From Candidatus Neptunichlamydia sp. (GTDB lineage Bacteria; Chlamydiota; Chlamydiia; Chlamydiales; Simkaniaceae), in NCBI GenBank assembly GCA_965233865.1, contig OZ247587.1, forward strand, positions 960,001-1,024,000: a DNA stretch of 64,000 bases, given 5' to 3'. Shown here piece by piece: positions 19,738 through 29,528 of this stretch. The translations under genes were made by a program, and so were the position numbers. The notes under the pieces were generated by a model. That model did not search any database. It was not told the DNA's origin and saw only the letters and a list, made by a program, of their open reading frames with translations. The stretch's first letter is position 1, and each line of letters starts with the position of its first letter.

Positions 19738-19811
19738 TGGACTGAGCAGGACTCGAACCTGCGACCGTCCGCTTAGAAGGCGGATGCTCTATCCAGCTGA
19801 GCTATCAGTCC
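19738..19811 (-). tRNA. tRNA-Arg(TCT)
   Basis: GGACTGATAGCTCAGCTGGATAGAGCATCCGCCT-TCT-AAGCGGACGGTCGCAGGTTCGAGTCCTGCTCAGTCCA cloverleaf. Confidence 0.95.
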
Positions 19812-19938
19812 TCAAATTTCATCTGCGGTTTTTCCCGAGAAAAATTCACAGACATTGTGGATTTTAGTCATAAGAAAAATGATTTTCAAGTATATTTGTC
19901 TCATAAGTGGTAATAGACCAAAAAAATAAGGCGAAAAA

Positions 19939-20757
19939 ATGTTAAAGATTGGTGAAATTGAGATTGGAAAAGATACTCCTCTTGTCGTGATATCTGGCCC
20001 TTGCGTGATTGAAAGTGAAGCCCATGCTTTAAAAACTGCATCTGAGCTAAAAAAAATGTTTGCAGATTGTGGAGTTCAACTAATCTACAAATCAAGTTAC
20101 GACAAAGCAAACCGCTCATCTATTGATTCATATCGAGGCCCTGGAATGCAAGAAGGTCTTCGCATCCTAAAAAAAGTCAAAGAAGAGCTTGATCTTCCTG
20201 TGTTTACTGATATCCATCACCCGGAAGAAGCTGCTCCCGTCGCTGAGGTATGTGATGTCCTCCAAATCCCCGCCTTCCTATGTCGACAAACCGATCTGCT
20301 CATTGCAGCGGGAATAACAAAGGCCGTTATCAATATCAAGAAGGGCCAATTCATGTCCCCTTGGGATATGGAACATGTTGTGAAAAAGCTTCTTTCAACA
20401 GGAAATGACAGGATTATTCTCACTGACCGCGGAACCTCCTTTGGATACAACAATCTTGTCTCAGATATGCGAACGATCCCTGTTCTTAAAAACTATGGGT
20501 TTCCAGTTTGCTTTGACGCCTCTCATTCAGTTCAACTTCCAGGTGGAATGGGGAGTCAATCCGGGGGCCAACGTGAATTTATTCCTACTCTCGCAAAGTC
20601 TGCACTAGCGGCAGGCGCCAATCTTCTCTATATTGAATCACATGACAACCCCTCAGAGGCAAAAAGTGACAAGCATTCGGTCATGCCTTTTAATGAACTG
20701 CAGAAGCTTTTAAGAGAGGCTCTTCCTCTTTACAAACTGATTCAACAAGGATCTTAA
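19939..20757 (+). CDS. kdsA: KDO 8-phosphate synthase
   Basis: GPCVIES, KSSYDKANRSS, QIPAFLCRQTDL, KKGQF, FDASHSVQ. Confidence 0.97.
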   Translation: MLKIGEIEIGKDTPLVVISGPCVIESEAHALKTASELKKMFADCGVQLIYKSSYDKANRSSIDSYRGPGMQEGLRILKKVKEELDLPVFTDIHHPEEAAPVAEVCDVLQIPAFLCRQTDLLIAAGITKAVINIKKGQFMSPWDMEHVVKKLLSTGNDRIILTDRGTSFGYNNLVSDMRTIPVLKNYGFPVCFDASHSVQLPGGMGSQSGGQREFIPTLAKSALAAGANLLYIESHDNPSEAKSDKHSVMPFNELQKLLREALPLYKLIQQGS

Positions 20758-21363
20758 TTGATCAAGAGAACAACAATTATTGCTTTTTTTATTCTACTCC
20801 TCTTCACCGGTGGGATTTTGTTTCAAGCCTTCTATTCTTCTGAAGAAGGAGGAAGTATCGAAGAAATGCTGACCCAAGAAATTTCCATGCCAAAACATGA
20901 GGAAAAATTTCTCAATAAACAAATGCGAAAGGGCGTTACTAAAGACCTTTGGATCTCAGACAAAGATCATGTGCGCCTCCATCACCATATTGAAAGTCCT
21001 CGCTCAATCCTTACTGCAATTCCCCATAGAAATCGGGTAGAACTTATCGAACAAATGATTGGGATGAAGTGTTTTTTTCAAGAAAAACTGGAAAAAGGAG
21101 AGGGGGAATCAATACAACAGATTCGCTATCTACAATCAGGAGAAGGCACCTACCACTATACCGATCATTTTTTTGATGCGCACAGCGTTTTTCTCGCCCT
21201 ATATAGGATTCCTGGGGAAGCTTTAGTCACGCACCTAGATACTGACGCTGCCTATTTAAAAGGAATTGCCGAAGAAGTCTCTTTATCTTTTTCGAATGGC
21301 ACCCCAAATTTCCATGCTGAGAAATTCAAAGCTCAAATTCGACCCTATGGGGAAAACCCATGA
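20758..21363 (+). CDS. membrane-anchored periplasmic protein, probably LptC-like
   Basis: One N-terminal TM helix and a beta-rich body; sits in the kdsA-X-Y-lptB position. Confidence 0.55.
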   Translation: MIKRTTIIAFFILLLFTGGILFQAFYSSEEGGSIEEMLTQEISMPKHEEKFLNKQMRKGVTKDLWISDKDHVRLHHHIESPRSILTAIPHRNRVELIEQMIGMKCFFQEKLEKGEGESIQQIRYLQSGEGTYHYTDHFFDAHSVFLALYRIPGEALVTHLDTDAAYLKGIAEEVSLSFSNGTPNFHAEKFKAQIRPYGENP

Positions 21364-21598
21364 AAGCAGCTACCCTCCTCAGACTTACCTCATATGGAAC
21401 TTTGAAGATCGATCAAGACAGTCTGATAAGTTGTACAAGCACTGAAAACAAACAGCTGCTTTATGAAAACCACGAAGTGCGTCTTCTAGCCGACTTGTTT
21501 CAAAAGAGGCGTCGGTAAAAGGAATCGGAACCGTCCGCTTTACCTTTAGCAAAGAAGAGAGAAAATGTTTTGAAAAACTCCTAAAGGAAACCTCATGA
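21360..21598 (+). pseudogene. collapsed, frameshifted remnant of the gene in the lptA position
   Basis: ATGA overlaps at both ends; frame 1 stops at 21516-21518 and a second frame (SVKGIGTVRFTFSKEE...KETS*) ends on the lptB start. Confidence 0.55.
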
Positions 21599-22314
21599 TT
21601 CTTAAAGTCCAAAACCTTTCAAAATCATACTCTGGAAAAAAAATAGTAAACGGCCTTTCCTTTAACGTACGTGCAGGACAGGTCGTCGGTCTTCTAGGCC
21701 CCAATGGCGCTGGGAAAACAACTGCCTTTTATATAGCAATCGGGTTAATTCAGCCTGATAGTGGGTCGGTCTTTTTCAAAGACTCAGATGTCACCTCCAG
21801 CCCTGTTCATAAACGGGCACAAATGGGAATGGGGTACCTAGCACAAGAACCTTCAATTTTTAGGCAATTGACCGTCGAGCAAAACATCCTCTGTATCCTT
21901 GAAACTCTTCCCATTACACGCCAGGAAAGGAAAAAGCGTCTAGAAGAACTTCTTGAAGAACTTCACCTCGCACCCCATGCAAAAAAGCGTGCAACAACCC
22001 TTTCTGGAGGAGAACGGAGGCGCCTTGAAATTACACGCTCTCTAGTTACAAATCCAAGGCTCCTTCTTCTCGATGAGCCCTTTGCCAATATCGATCCTCT
22101 CACCATCTATGATGTAAAGCAGATGATCCGCCACCTCACCTCAAAAAACATCGGGGTCCTCATCACAGACCATAACGCCCGCGAAGTCTCTTCCATTGTC
22201 GACCATTCTTACCTCGTCCAAGAAGGACGAGTTACCCACTCTGGCACCATCGCCGAGCTACTAGCCAATAAGGACGCACGCTCCACCTATTTCGGCGAAG
22301 ACTTCGAACTGTAG
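21595..22314 (+). CDS. lptB: LPS export ABC transporter ATP-binding protein
   Basis: GLLGPNGAGKTT, YLAQEPSIFR, LSGGERRRLEI, LITDHNARE. Confidence 0.95.
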   Translation: MILKVQNLSKSYSGKKIVNGLSFNVRAGQVVGLLGPNGAGKTTAFYIAIGLIQPDSGSVFFKDSDVTSSPVHKRAQMGMGYLAQEPSIFRQLTVEQNILCILETLPITRQERKKRLEELLEELHLAPHAKKRATTLSGGERRRLEITRSLVTNPRLLLLDEPFANIDPLTIYDVKQMIRHLTSKNIGVLITDHNAREVSSIVDHSYLVQEGRVTHSGTIAELLANKDARSTYFGEDFEL

Positions 22315-22354
22315 AATATAGTGCTTTAACTTTAAAAAACACTATACGCAGGAA

Positions 22355-23437
22355 TCACTTACTGGGTTTGACATAAGGGTTCAAAAACACATGGAGTTTC
22401 GAAATAATTTCTTCTGGAGTAAGTGTATGAAGGCAATCGCTCCTTCCTGAGCCACCGCACCCTGGTTGGTAACAGGGACGGCAAGGAAGGTTGCGAGTAA
22501 TCACACAAGAACGAGGATTACGATAAGGACCCCAATTCTGATCGCAAGTCGGGCCAAAGACAGCAGCCACAGTTTTTTTTCGGGCACTCGCAATATGAAG
22601 GGGTACAGAGTCTACCGTAAATAGAAAGCTACTTTTGTCAATCACCGCGCCGAGTTCCTTAAGAGAAATTTTTCCCGAAAGGTCAACGGCTCTAGGAAGC
22701 ACTTCTTGAATCTGCCTGTTCACTTCCATTTCGAGTGGATCAGGGCTAGCTGTGAGAACAATAGTCTCCCCTCTTTCTTGAAGGTATTCGCAAACAGCAA
22801 TCATTGTTTTAATAGGAAGGGTTTTAAACATCCACCGGGAAACTGGGTGGACCGCCACATAGGGCTCTGGAACAAGAGATGCCACCTTCTCATAGGCTGC
22901 TTCAGGAATGTCAAAGGTGAGATCCCTTTCACTAGGAATCGGAAAAATTCCTAAACACCTCAGGGCATCGAGCTGCTTTTCTACGGCATGGCGGGGACGA
23001 AGTGTGTGCTTAACCAAATGGGTGTAGCAAGAAGCCTTCCCCTTCATCCCATTCCCCTGAGGATCGAATCCAATGGAAAATGGAGCCCTGGAAATCTTTG
23101 CAGCAATCGCTCCTCGATCTCCCTCAGTAAGGTTAATAACAAGGTCGTATCTTTTCTTCCGAATAGCTCGGAGAAGTTTCAGCTCCTCCAAGTACCGCTT
23201 CCAAATGGGTAGCTTCTTCCATTCTTTATCATAGAGAAGAAAGTTAGAAATTGCCAGATGCCCTTCTAGCATAGGAAGGGTTTCCGAGTAGATATAAGCA
23301 TCGATTTCTAGGTGAGGAAATCTTTTTTTCAATACAGAAAAAACGGGACTACTGAGGAGCACATCCCCATGATGGCGAAGTTTCGCCACCAACACCTTCC
23401 TGATCTTTGAAAAATCTATGTCATATTGTCCTAGCAC
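22355..23437 (-). CDS. GT9 LPS heptosyltransferase (RfaQ/WaaQ-like)
   Basis: KLRHHGDVLL, NLTEGDRGA, HPVSRWMFK, DSVPLHIA, FGPT, PCRPCYQPGC. Confidence 0.85.
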   Translation of the reverse strand: MLGQYDIDFSKIRKVLVAKLRHHGDVLLSSPVFSVLKKRFPHLEIDAYIYSETLPMLEGHLAISNFLLYDKEWKKLPIWKRYLEELKLLRAIRKKRYDLVINLTEGDRGAIAAKISRAPFSIGFDPQGNGMKGKASCYTHLVKHTLRPRHAVEKQLDALRCLGIFPIPSERDLTFDIPEAAYEKVASLVPEPYVAVHPVSRWMFKTLPIKTMIAVCEYLQERGETIVLTASPDPLEMEVNRQIQEVLPRAVDLSGKISLKELGAVIDKSSFLFTVDSVPLHIASARKKTVAAVFGPTCDQNWGPYRNPRSCVITRNLPCRPCYQPGCGGSGRSDCLHTLTPEEIISKLHVFLNPYVKPSK

Positions 23438-23965
23438 GAATTCACTTCCAACACTTTAATCTCAAATGAGTCCTTAAGCTCTGGATTATACGTCATTCCT
23501 CAATATTCCTTAAAGAAATGAGTGAAGCAATGACTAACATTCCTCTCAAGAAAATCCTGGGTGTTTTTTCGTTTATGGATCCATCTCATAATCGTTGTGT
23601 GACACGCAGAGAGACCTTACTCTTTAAATATCATCACTAACTTTCTACACGTCAATGCGAACTGGCAATACCATTTCACGGTCTAAATGATAATTTCTCC
23701 AGAAAAATGTTTCCATTTGAGCGGATTATCCTAAACACCCGAATCTCTCATTTTGACCTCTCAGCTGACACATGAAAATTCGATTTTTTACAAGCCAAGC
23801 GTTTTTTGCACCAGAACTAAAAAAAAACATGTTAGGATCAAAAACTTTCAGAATGAAGTTCTTAAGTTGCGGTTGGTAAACTAATTTTTGAATGCGCTAG
23901 CTCTGTGTTAAGTTGTTTTTTTTAATCACTTTATGTTAACGTATCCTCCACCAAGGAGAAAACAC

Positions 23966-24391
23966 ATGACAAAAGAACGCACACTATCAATTATTAAGCC
24001 CGATGCCGTGAGCAAAAATCACGTTGGAGACATTCTTGCCCGTTTTGAAAAAGCAGGACTAAAGATTATAGCCGCAAAAATGAAGCACCTTAGCCGAGCA
24101 GATGCTGAAGGTTTTTACGCTGTTCACAAAGAACGGCCTTTCTTTACAGATCTCGTTGACTTCATGATCTCAGGACCCGTCGTGATCTCGGTTCTTGAAG
24201 GAGAAGGATCAATTACAAAAAACCGTGATCTAATGGGAGCAACCAATCCTAAAGAAGCTGCTCAAGGAACTATCCGAGCAGACTTTGCTGAATCTATTGA
24301 TGCAAATGCTGTACATGGGTCTGACGGAATTGACACTGCAAAAACAGAAATCACTTTCTTCTTCAACGAAGATGAAGTCTACTCTCATTAG
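23966..24391 (+). CDS. ndk: nucleoside diphosphate kinase
   Basis: [35 protein letters not shown] before ATG 23966. Confidence 0.97.
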   Translation: MTKERTLSIIKPDAVSKNHVGDILARFEKAGLKIIAAKMKHLSRADAEGFYAVHKERPFFTDLVDFMISGPVVISVLEGEGSITKNRDLMGATNPKEAAQGTIRADFAESIDANAVHGSDGIDTAKTEITFFFNEDEVYSH

Positions 24392-24555
24392 CCTCATGCT
24401 AGGGGGGAAGTTCTGGTAATGATGATGGAAGAGCGAGGAATGCCTGTAAGTCATATTATCCGCCTAGCTCTTCAGAAAAGAAGGGCTATGGGCGGATATG
24501 CGAAGGTTGCACCAGGACCGACACAAGACTAGGGGGTATCAACGAGACTCCGAGA

Positions 24556-25647
24556 TTAGACTGCAGATTTTTTGAAGGTTTCAAGATACTCGAGTGCTTT
24601 CCCTGTCCCCATGCAAACTGCTAGAAGAGGATTCGAAGCAACAATCACTGGAAGCCCTGTCTCTTTAATCAGGGCCTTATCCAGTCCCTTGATTAAAGCT
24701 CCTCCACCGGCAAGGACCATTCCTGTCTCAACGAGGTCAGCAGCCAGTTCGGGAGGACAACGCTCCAAGGTCTCCTTGGTACAAGCAATGATTTGTTGAA
24801 TGGGCTCTGCGAGGCATTCCCGGATTTCAACAGAATTAATTCGCTTAGTGATAGGGAGCCCCGCTACTTGATCACGCCCCCGCACTTCCATTTCAAGCTC
24901 ATGATCCCCAAGAGGATAGGCAGAACCAATTGTCATTTTGATCTCTTCAGCCGTTCTTGGTCCAATCATCAGATTATAGGTGCGGCGCATATAGTTAATG
25001 ATGCACTCATCAAATTCATCCCCAGCGATACGAATCGATCGGGATTCGACGATTCCACCGAGGGAGATAATTGCAATCTCTGTCGTACCACCACCCACAT
25101 CAATAATCATATTTGCTGAAGGCTCATGGACTGGGAGGTCGACTCCAATGGCTGCTGCCATGGGTTCTTCAATAAGGATCACCTCTTGAGCTCCTGCCCT
25201 AAGGGCTGAATCTTCAACGGCTCGCTTCTCTACCCCTGTAATTCCAGAGGGAACAGCAATCAAAATCTTTGGGCGGAATAGGCTACGCGATGGGGTCACC
25301 CGGGAGATAAGGGCTTTAAGCATCCCTTCTGCAATTTCAAAGTCAGCGATAACGCCATCCTTCATCGGGCGGACAGCATGAATTTTTCGGGGAGTTTTCC
25401 CTAGCATGGCTTTCGCTTTATGGCCAACAGCAAGAACATCACCGGTCACAGAATCAACAGCGACTACCGAGGGTTCAGCCAATACAATTCCTTTTCCACG
25501 AACATAAACAAGGGTATTTGCAGTTCCAAGGTCAATGCCAATGTCGCTCGCAAAAATACCAGTGAAGTGACCAAGCTTATTGATAAATCCTTGTTTAAAG
25601 TTCTTGAGTAGGCTTCCCGTTCCCTTTTTTGCGGCCTTAACTTTCAT
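24556..25647 (-). CDS. mreB: rod shape-determining actin homologue
   Basis: [43 protein letters not shown]. Confidence 0.97.
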   Translation of the reverse strand: MKVKAAKKGTGSLLKNFKQGFINKLGHFTGIFASDIGIDLGTANTLVYVRGKGIVLAEPSVVAVDSVTGDVLAVGHKAKAMLGKTPRKIHAVRPMKDGVIADFEIAEGMLKALISRVTPSRSLFRPKILIAVPSGITGVEKRAVEDSALRAGAQEVILIEEPMAAAIGVDLPVHEPSANMIIDVGGGTTEIAIISLGGIVESRSIRIAGDEFDECIINYMRRTYNLMIGPRTAEEIKMTIGSAYPLGDHELEMEVRGRDQVAGLPITKRINSVEIRECLAEPIQQIIACTKETLERCPPELAADLVETGMVLAGGGALIKGLDKALIKETGLPVIVASNPLLAVCMGTGKALEYLETFKKSAV

Positions 25648-25717
25648 TTTTCAATCCTTTTCGATCCAATTGTGCTATGAGATCTGATCATCATAATGAA
25701 CAACCGGATATAATTCA

Positions 25718-28700
25718 TCAAGTTTGTAGAAGTTCGAGAACATCTTCCCAAGTGAGCTTGGTTATCGCTTCGTCATCGCAACTCACGATTTTCTTCACGA
25801 TTCCTTTCTTTCGATTTTGCATTTCTACAATCTTTTCCTCAATCGTTCCCATCGTCACAAGTTTATAGACAGAGACTGATTCTTTCTGCCCTATACGATG
25901 GACCCGGTCAGTCGCCTGATTTTCAACAGCTGGATTCCACCACATATCATAGTGAATGACTGTATCAGCACCTACAAGGTTGAGCCCCGTTCCTCCCGCT
26001 TTAAGTGATACGAGGAAAACGGGGATATTAGGATCATTATTAAACTCGTTGACAATATCAAGACGGTTTTTGCTCGATCCATCAAGATAATTAAATCGAA
26101 TACCTTTCTGTTCAAAGTCGGTTCTCATGATCTGCAACATGCGGGTATACTGCGAAAAAATCACCGTCTTGTGCTGCCCTTCGATCAGCGTCTGCAAAAG
26201 TTCAAGAAGCATCTCATACTTCGCTGAATCTCCCACTTCTGCCTTTTCTTTCGCAAAAATAGCTGGATGACAGCAGATCTGTTTTAATCGAGTAAGGGTC
26301 GCAAGAACATGGATTTGTACTTTATCGAACCCATCTCTTTCAACCAATTTCATCAATTCATCTCGAGCAGACTCTGCATAGGACTTATAAAGCTCTTTTT
26401 GAACATTGGTGAGTTGACAGTGATAAACATTCTCACTGACAGGTGGCAAGTCGTCCAAAACATCAACTTTCATACGCCGCAAGATAAATGGAGCCACTTT
26501 TTTTCGAAGGTATTGCAAGTTCTTAGATTGTTCTTCACCAGAAAGCCGTACATATTTCTCAACAAATCTCTCATAAGATCCCAAAAAACCTGGCATAAGA
26601 TAATCGAACAAGCTCCAAAGTTCATCCAAAGAGTTTTCAATCGGAGTACCAGAGAGGATAACGCGGTGCTGAGCTTTAACCAATTTTACCGACTTTGCAT
26701 TCCTTGTTCCTCGGTTTTTAATGTGCTGTGCTTCATCAAGAATCATATAGGAAAAGGTTGTCTTATCATAAGCTTCAATATCTTTTTGGAGAAGACTATA
26801 GGAAGTAATCACTACATCATAATCTTTAACATTTTTGATCAGCTTCTTCCGTTGATTCGGCATTCCATCAACAATAAGAGTCTTTAGCTCATCATTGAAC
26901 TTATGGCATTCTTCTTTCCAATTGTAGAGAAGAGAGGTCGGACACACTACAAGGGCCGGAGTCTTTGCACCACTTTTATGCTGCGTCAAAGCACAAATAG
27001 CCTGAAGTGTTTTCCCAAGACCCATATCATCCGCTAAAATTCCATTGAGAAACATTGTACGGAGACGCTCAAGCCACTGGACCCCTTCTTCTTGATAGTG
27101 ACGAAGAGTTGCATCAATCTGCTTTGGAATCGGGCTGAACTTTAAGACTTTTTCTCCAAGCATCTGTTTGCAGATGTCTTTGAGCTGAGGTGTCATCGTA
27201 AAGGTAACAGGAAGGTCCTTAAAGTTAGATTCATCAATATTTGCCAAACTCCAAAGAGGACGCTCTAACTTTTTGTTATCAAGTTTTTCAATTCCAAGTT
27301 CATCGAAAAGCTGGACAACAGCCCCCACTTCATCAAGGTCAAGAACAAGAATTTTAGGAATTTTGTTCCCATTTTCTTTGGCTTTAGACGTTTTTTTCTG
27401 CCCCATATCAAGCTCGAGATACGCACGCCTAGAAACAATACAATCCCATAGTCGATCTACAGCTACCCCTTTAAGAGCACCTTTCACATCAATATTCATT
27501 TCGTAAACATCCATCCGATCGGTGTGTGTAAGCGTAAGCTTGAACTTGGACTGATCATAAATAAATTGATCTAGAAGGTTTTGAGGATAGTTGAATTTGA
27601 CCCGATGTTGATTTCTAGGAATTACATCGGTCATAAACTCAATAATTTTCTTCTCAGTTTTCGCTACCCAAACCTGCTGATCAAGATCGAAGATAAAGTC
27701 TTGAAAGAGGTCTTCAATAATTTTCTGCTCTTCGACTAAATTACGGGCAACAATCCCCTCTTCTGTAACAAAAGATTCAATGTCATCAAATCCTAACTTT
27801 TTTAAAGACGCAGGGATTGTATGCGTGTCATAACGGAAAGAGAGGTCCGCATCGAGCTCGCCATTCAAGAAAGTTAAATCACAAATAGCTTCAATCGAGC
27901 CCACAAACGGAAGCGTCGTAAAGTGTTCGACAACGCCCCCCATGTCTACTTCTGCAAAAAGAGACATTTCGGGAAGTGCATTTTCCACAAATGTTCCAAA
28001 AAGAGGTTCTGGAATCGTCATATCCCGCATCGGCATGAGGCTACGCAAATGCTGCCGTGTAATTTGCTCAGAAAAGCGGTAATAGACATGATTGTAAATG
28101 ATTCCAGGCTTTGCACACTCAAAAAAACGAGCATCTTCAAGGACAATTTTTTGTTGGTCAATGAGAAGCATTGGATTGAGCAAAATTTTTGATGTAGGGG
28201 GATGGATATATTCTAGGGTAACACTGACATTGGCATGAGATTTTGAAAAATGAATAGGTGACTCTAAGTTTTCTTCAAAAAGGCACGGAAGCGCAGGAAG
28301 CTCATCATCCTGATAAGTCCATCCCCTTTGCTTCAATATTTCAGAGGCAATTTCCTCCGCCTTAGCCATGATCATTCCAAAGATTTTCACGTCTAAACTT
28401 GCCATTTTCTGAGCGCGTTCATTGGTAATCTTTTCGGGTGATTTTGCATGATCCATTACAAGACGCGCAATTTCCTGCTCACTTTCGTGAAAGGATTCTA
28501 AGGAAAAAAGGTGGCTCTTTCCTCCTACATAAAGAGGTTCCTGGTATCTTACGGCTTCTAAAAACTGACGAACATTCGGAATATGGAGAGGCTTTGACCT
28601 TGCAGGGAGACGAAGAGCCAATTGAACATCAACGTTGCTCGCTCCTTTTTTGGGAAAGTGGAAGATAACCGTAAGCTCCGCCTTTTCAATTTTTCTCTGC

Positions 28701-29206
28701 TGAGCAGGGAGAAAGAAAGGAGATTTTGCAAGAAGAGAAGAAGCTCCAATATATTCCTTAAGAAGTTCCTTTTGATACTCCTCATCTTTCCTTTCAGCTT
28801 CTTTAGTTTCAGCTTCTTTAACCGCTTCAAGGAGCTTTTCTTTCTCCTCGTCACAGAAGCTGTCATCCTCAGTCACCTCTTCAATATTTGTTTCTTTTGA
28901 GAATTTCACCAAAATTTCATCAAGACACGACTCGAGATGAAAAAGAACAGCCGCTAAATGTTGACAATCATAGTGATAGGGGCAATTGCAATCTGAATCA
29001 ATAGTCTCGCTATCCATCCGATCTATCTCAATTTCACTTTCATATGTATTATTATATTGCCCAAGAACTTTGGCACTAATGCGAATAGTGGTAGCGTCAA
29101 GATGAAGAATTTTAGCCGATAGAACTTTTTTAGTTTCAAAAAGGTCTTTTCCTTCTTTTAAAATCGTAGAAGAAAAATCCTGTTTAAGCTTCCTTAAATT
29201 CAACAT
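25718..29206 (-). CDS. SWIM-domain SNF2/SWI2 family helicase
   Basis: CNCPYHYDCQHL SWIM, LADDMGLGKT, LDEAQHIKN, SGTPIEN, SLKAGGTGLNL, DRVHRIGQ. Confidence 0.95.
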   Translation of the reverse strand: MLNLRKLKQDFSSTILKEGKDLFETKKVLSAKILHLDATTIRISAKVLGQYNNTYESEIEIDRMDSETIDSDCNCPYHYDCQHLAAVLFHLESCLDEILVKFSKETNIEEVTEDDSFCDEEKEKLLEAVKEAETKEAERKDEEYQKELLKEYIGASSLLAKSPFFLPAQQRKIEKAELTVIFHFPKKGASNVDVQLALRLPARSKPLHIPNVRQFLEAVRYQEPLYVGGKSHLFSLESFHESEQEIARLVMDHAKSPEKITNERAQKMASLDVKIFGMIMAKAEEIASEILKQRGWTYQDDELPALPCLFEENLESPIHFSKSHANVSVTLEYIHPPTSKILLNPMLLIDQQKIVLEDARFFECAKPGIIYNHVYYRFSEQITRQHLRSLMPMRDMTIPEPLFGTFVENALPEMSLFAEVDMGGVVEHFTTLPFVGSIEAICDLTFLNGELDADLSFRYDTHTIPASLKKLGFDDIESFVTEEGIVARNLVEEQKIIEDLFQDFIFDLDQQVWVAKTEKKIIEFMTDVIPRNQHRVKFNYPQNLLDQFIYDQSKFKLTLTHTDRMDVYEMNIDVKGALKGVAVDRLWDCIVSRRAYLELDMGQKKTSKAKENGNKIPKILVLDLDEVGAVVQLFDELGIEKLDNKKLERPLWSLANIDESNFKDLPVTFTMTPQLKDICKQMLGEKVLKFSPIPKQIDATLRHYQEEGVQWLERLRTMFLNGILADDMGLGKTLQAICALTQHKSGAKTPALVVCPTSLLYNWKEECHKFNDELKTLIVDGMPNQRKKLIKNVKDYDVVITSYSLLQKDIEAYDKTTFSYMILDEAQHIKNRGTRNAKSVKLVKAQHRVILSGTPIENSLDELWSLFDYLMPGFLGSYERFVEKYVRLSGEEQSKNLQYLRKKVAPFILRRMKVDVLDDLPPVSENVYHCQLTNVQKELYKSYAESARDELMKLVERDGFDKVQIHVLATLTRLKQICCHPAIFAKEKAEVGDSAKYEMLLELLQTLIEGQHKTVIFSQYTRMLQIMRTDFEQKGIRFNYLDGSSKNRLDIVNEFNNDPNIPVFLVSLKAGGTGLNLVGADTVIHYDMWWNPAVENQATDRVHRIGQKESVSVYKLVTMGTIEEKIVEMQNRKKGIVKKIVSCDDEAITKLTWEDVLELLQT

Positions 29207-29426
29207 CCGTTCACTTTACCTCAATAGCTCTATTATTTTTCTAAAAAACCTATCCACGTTTTACCTTATTTTCGGTAACGCCTGCAACGGTTTTTTCGCT
29301 TAAGAATGAACTATCAGTACTCTTTCTACCAAAAAAAATCAACTCTTTTTTTTACTTAGAGATTTTCTCTGTTCTTTGTCTTTGAAAAAAAACTCTAAGT
29401 TTGTTATGGTGATTTCTTTTTTACAC

Positions 29427-29498
29427 GCGGGTGTAGCTCAGTGGTAGAGCATCACGTTGCCAACGTGAGGGTCGTGAGTTCGAATCTCATCACCCGCT
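29427..29498 (+). tRNA. tRNA-Gly(GCC)
   Basis: GCGGGTGTAGCTCAGTGGTAGAGCATCACGTT-GCC-AACGTGAGGGTCGTGAGTTCGAATCTCATCACCCGCT. Confidence 0.95.
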
Positions 29499-29528
29499 TT
29501 TTTTTAAAAGACTGTATGAGACCGACCA

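Noticed and set aside
23440..23930. About 500-bp spacer before ndk
   Set aside because: May be decayed coding DNA, but no protein motif or repeat could be supported.
26309..26887. 192-aa plus-strand ORF and similar shadow ORFs (e.g. 31892-32434, 34266-34739)
   Set aside because: Antisense or alternate-frame shadows of longer genes, with no motifs of their own.
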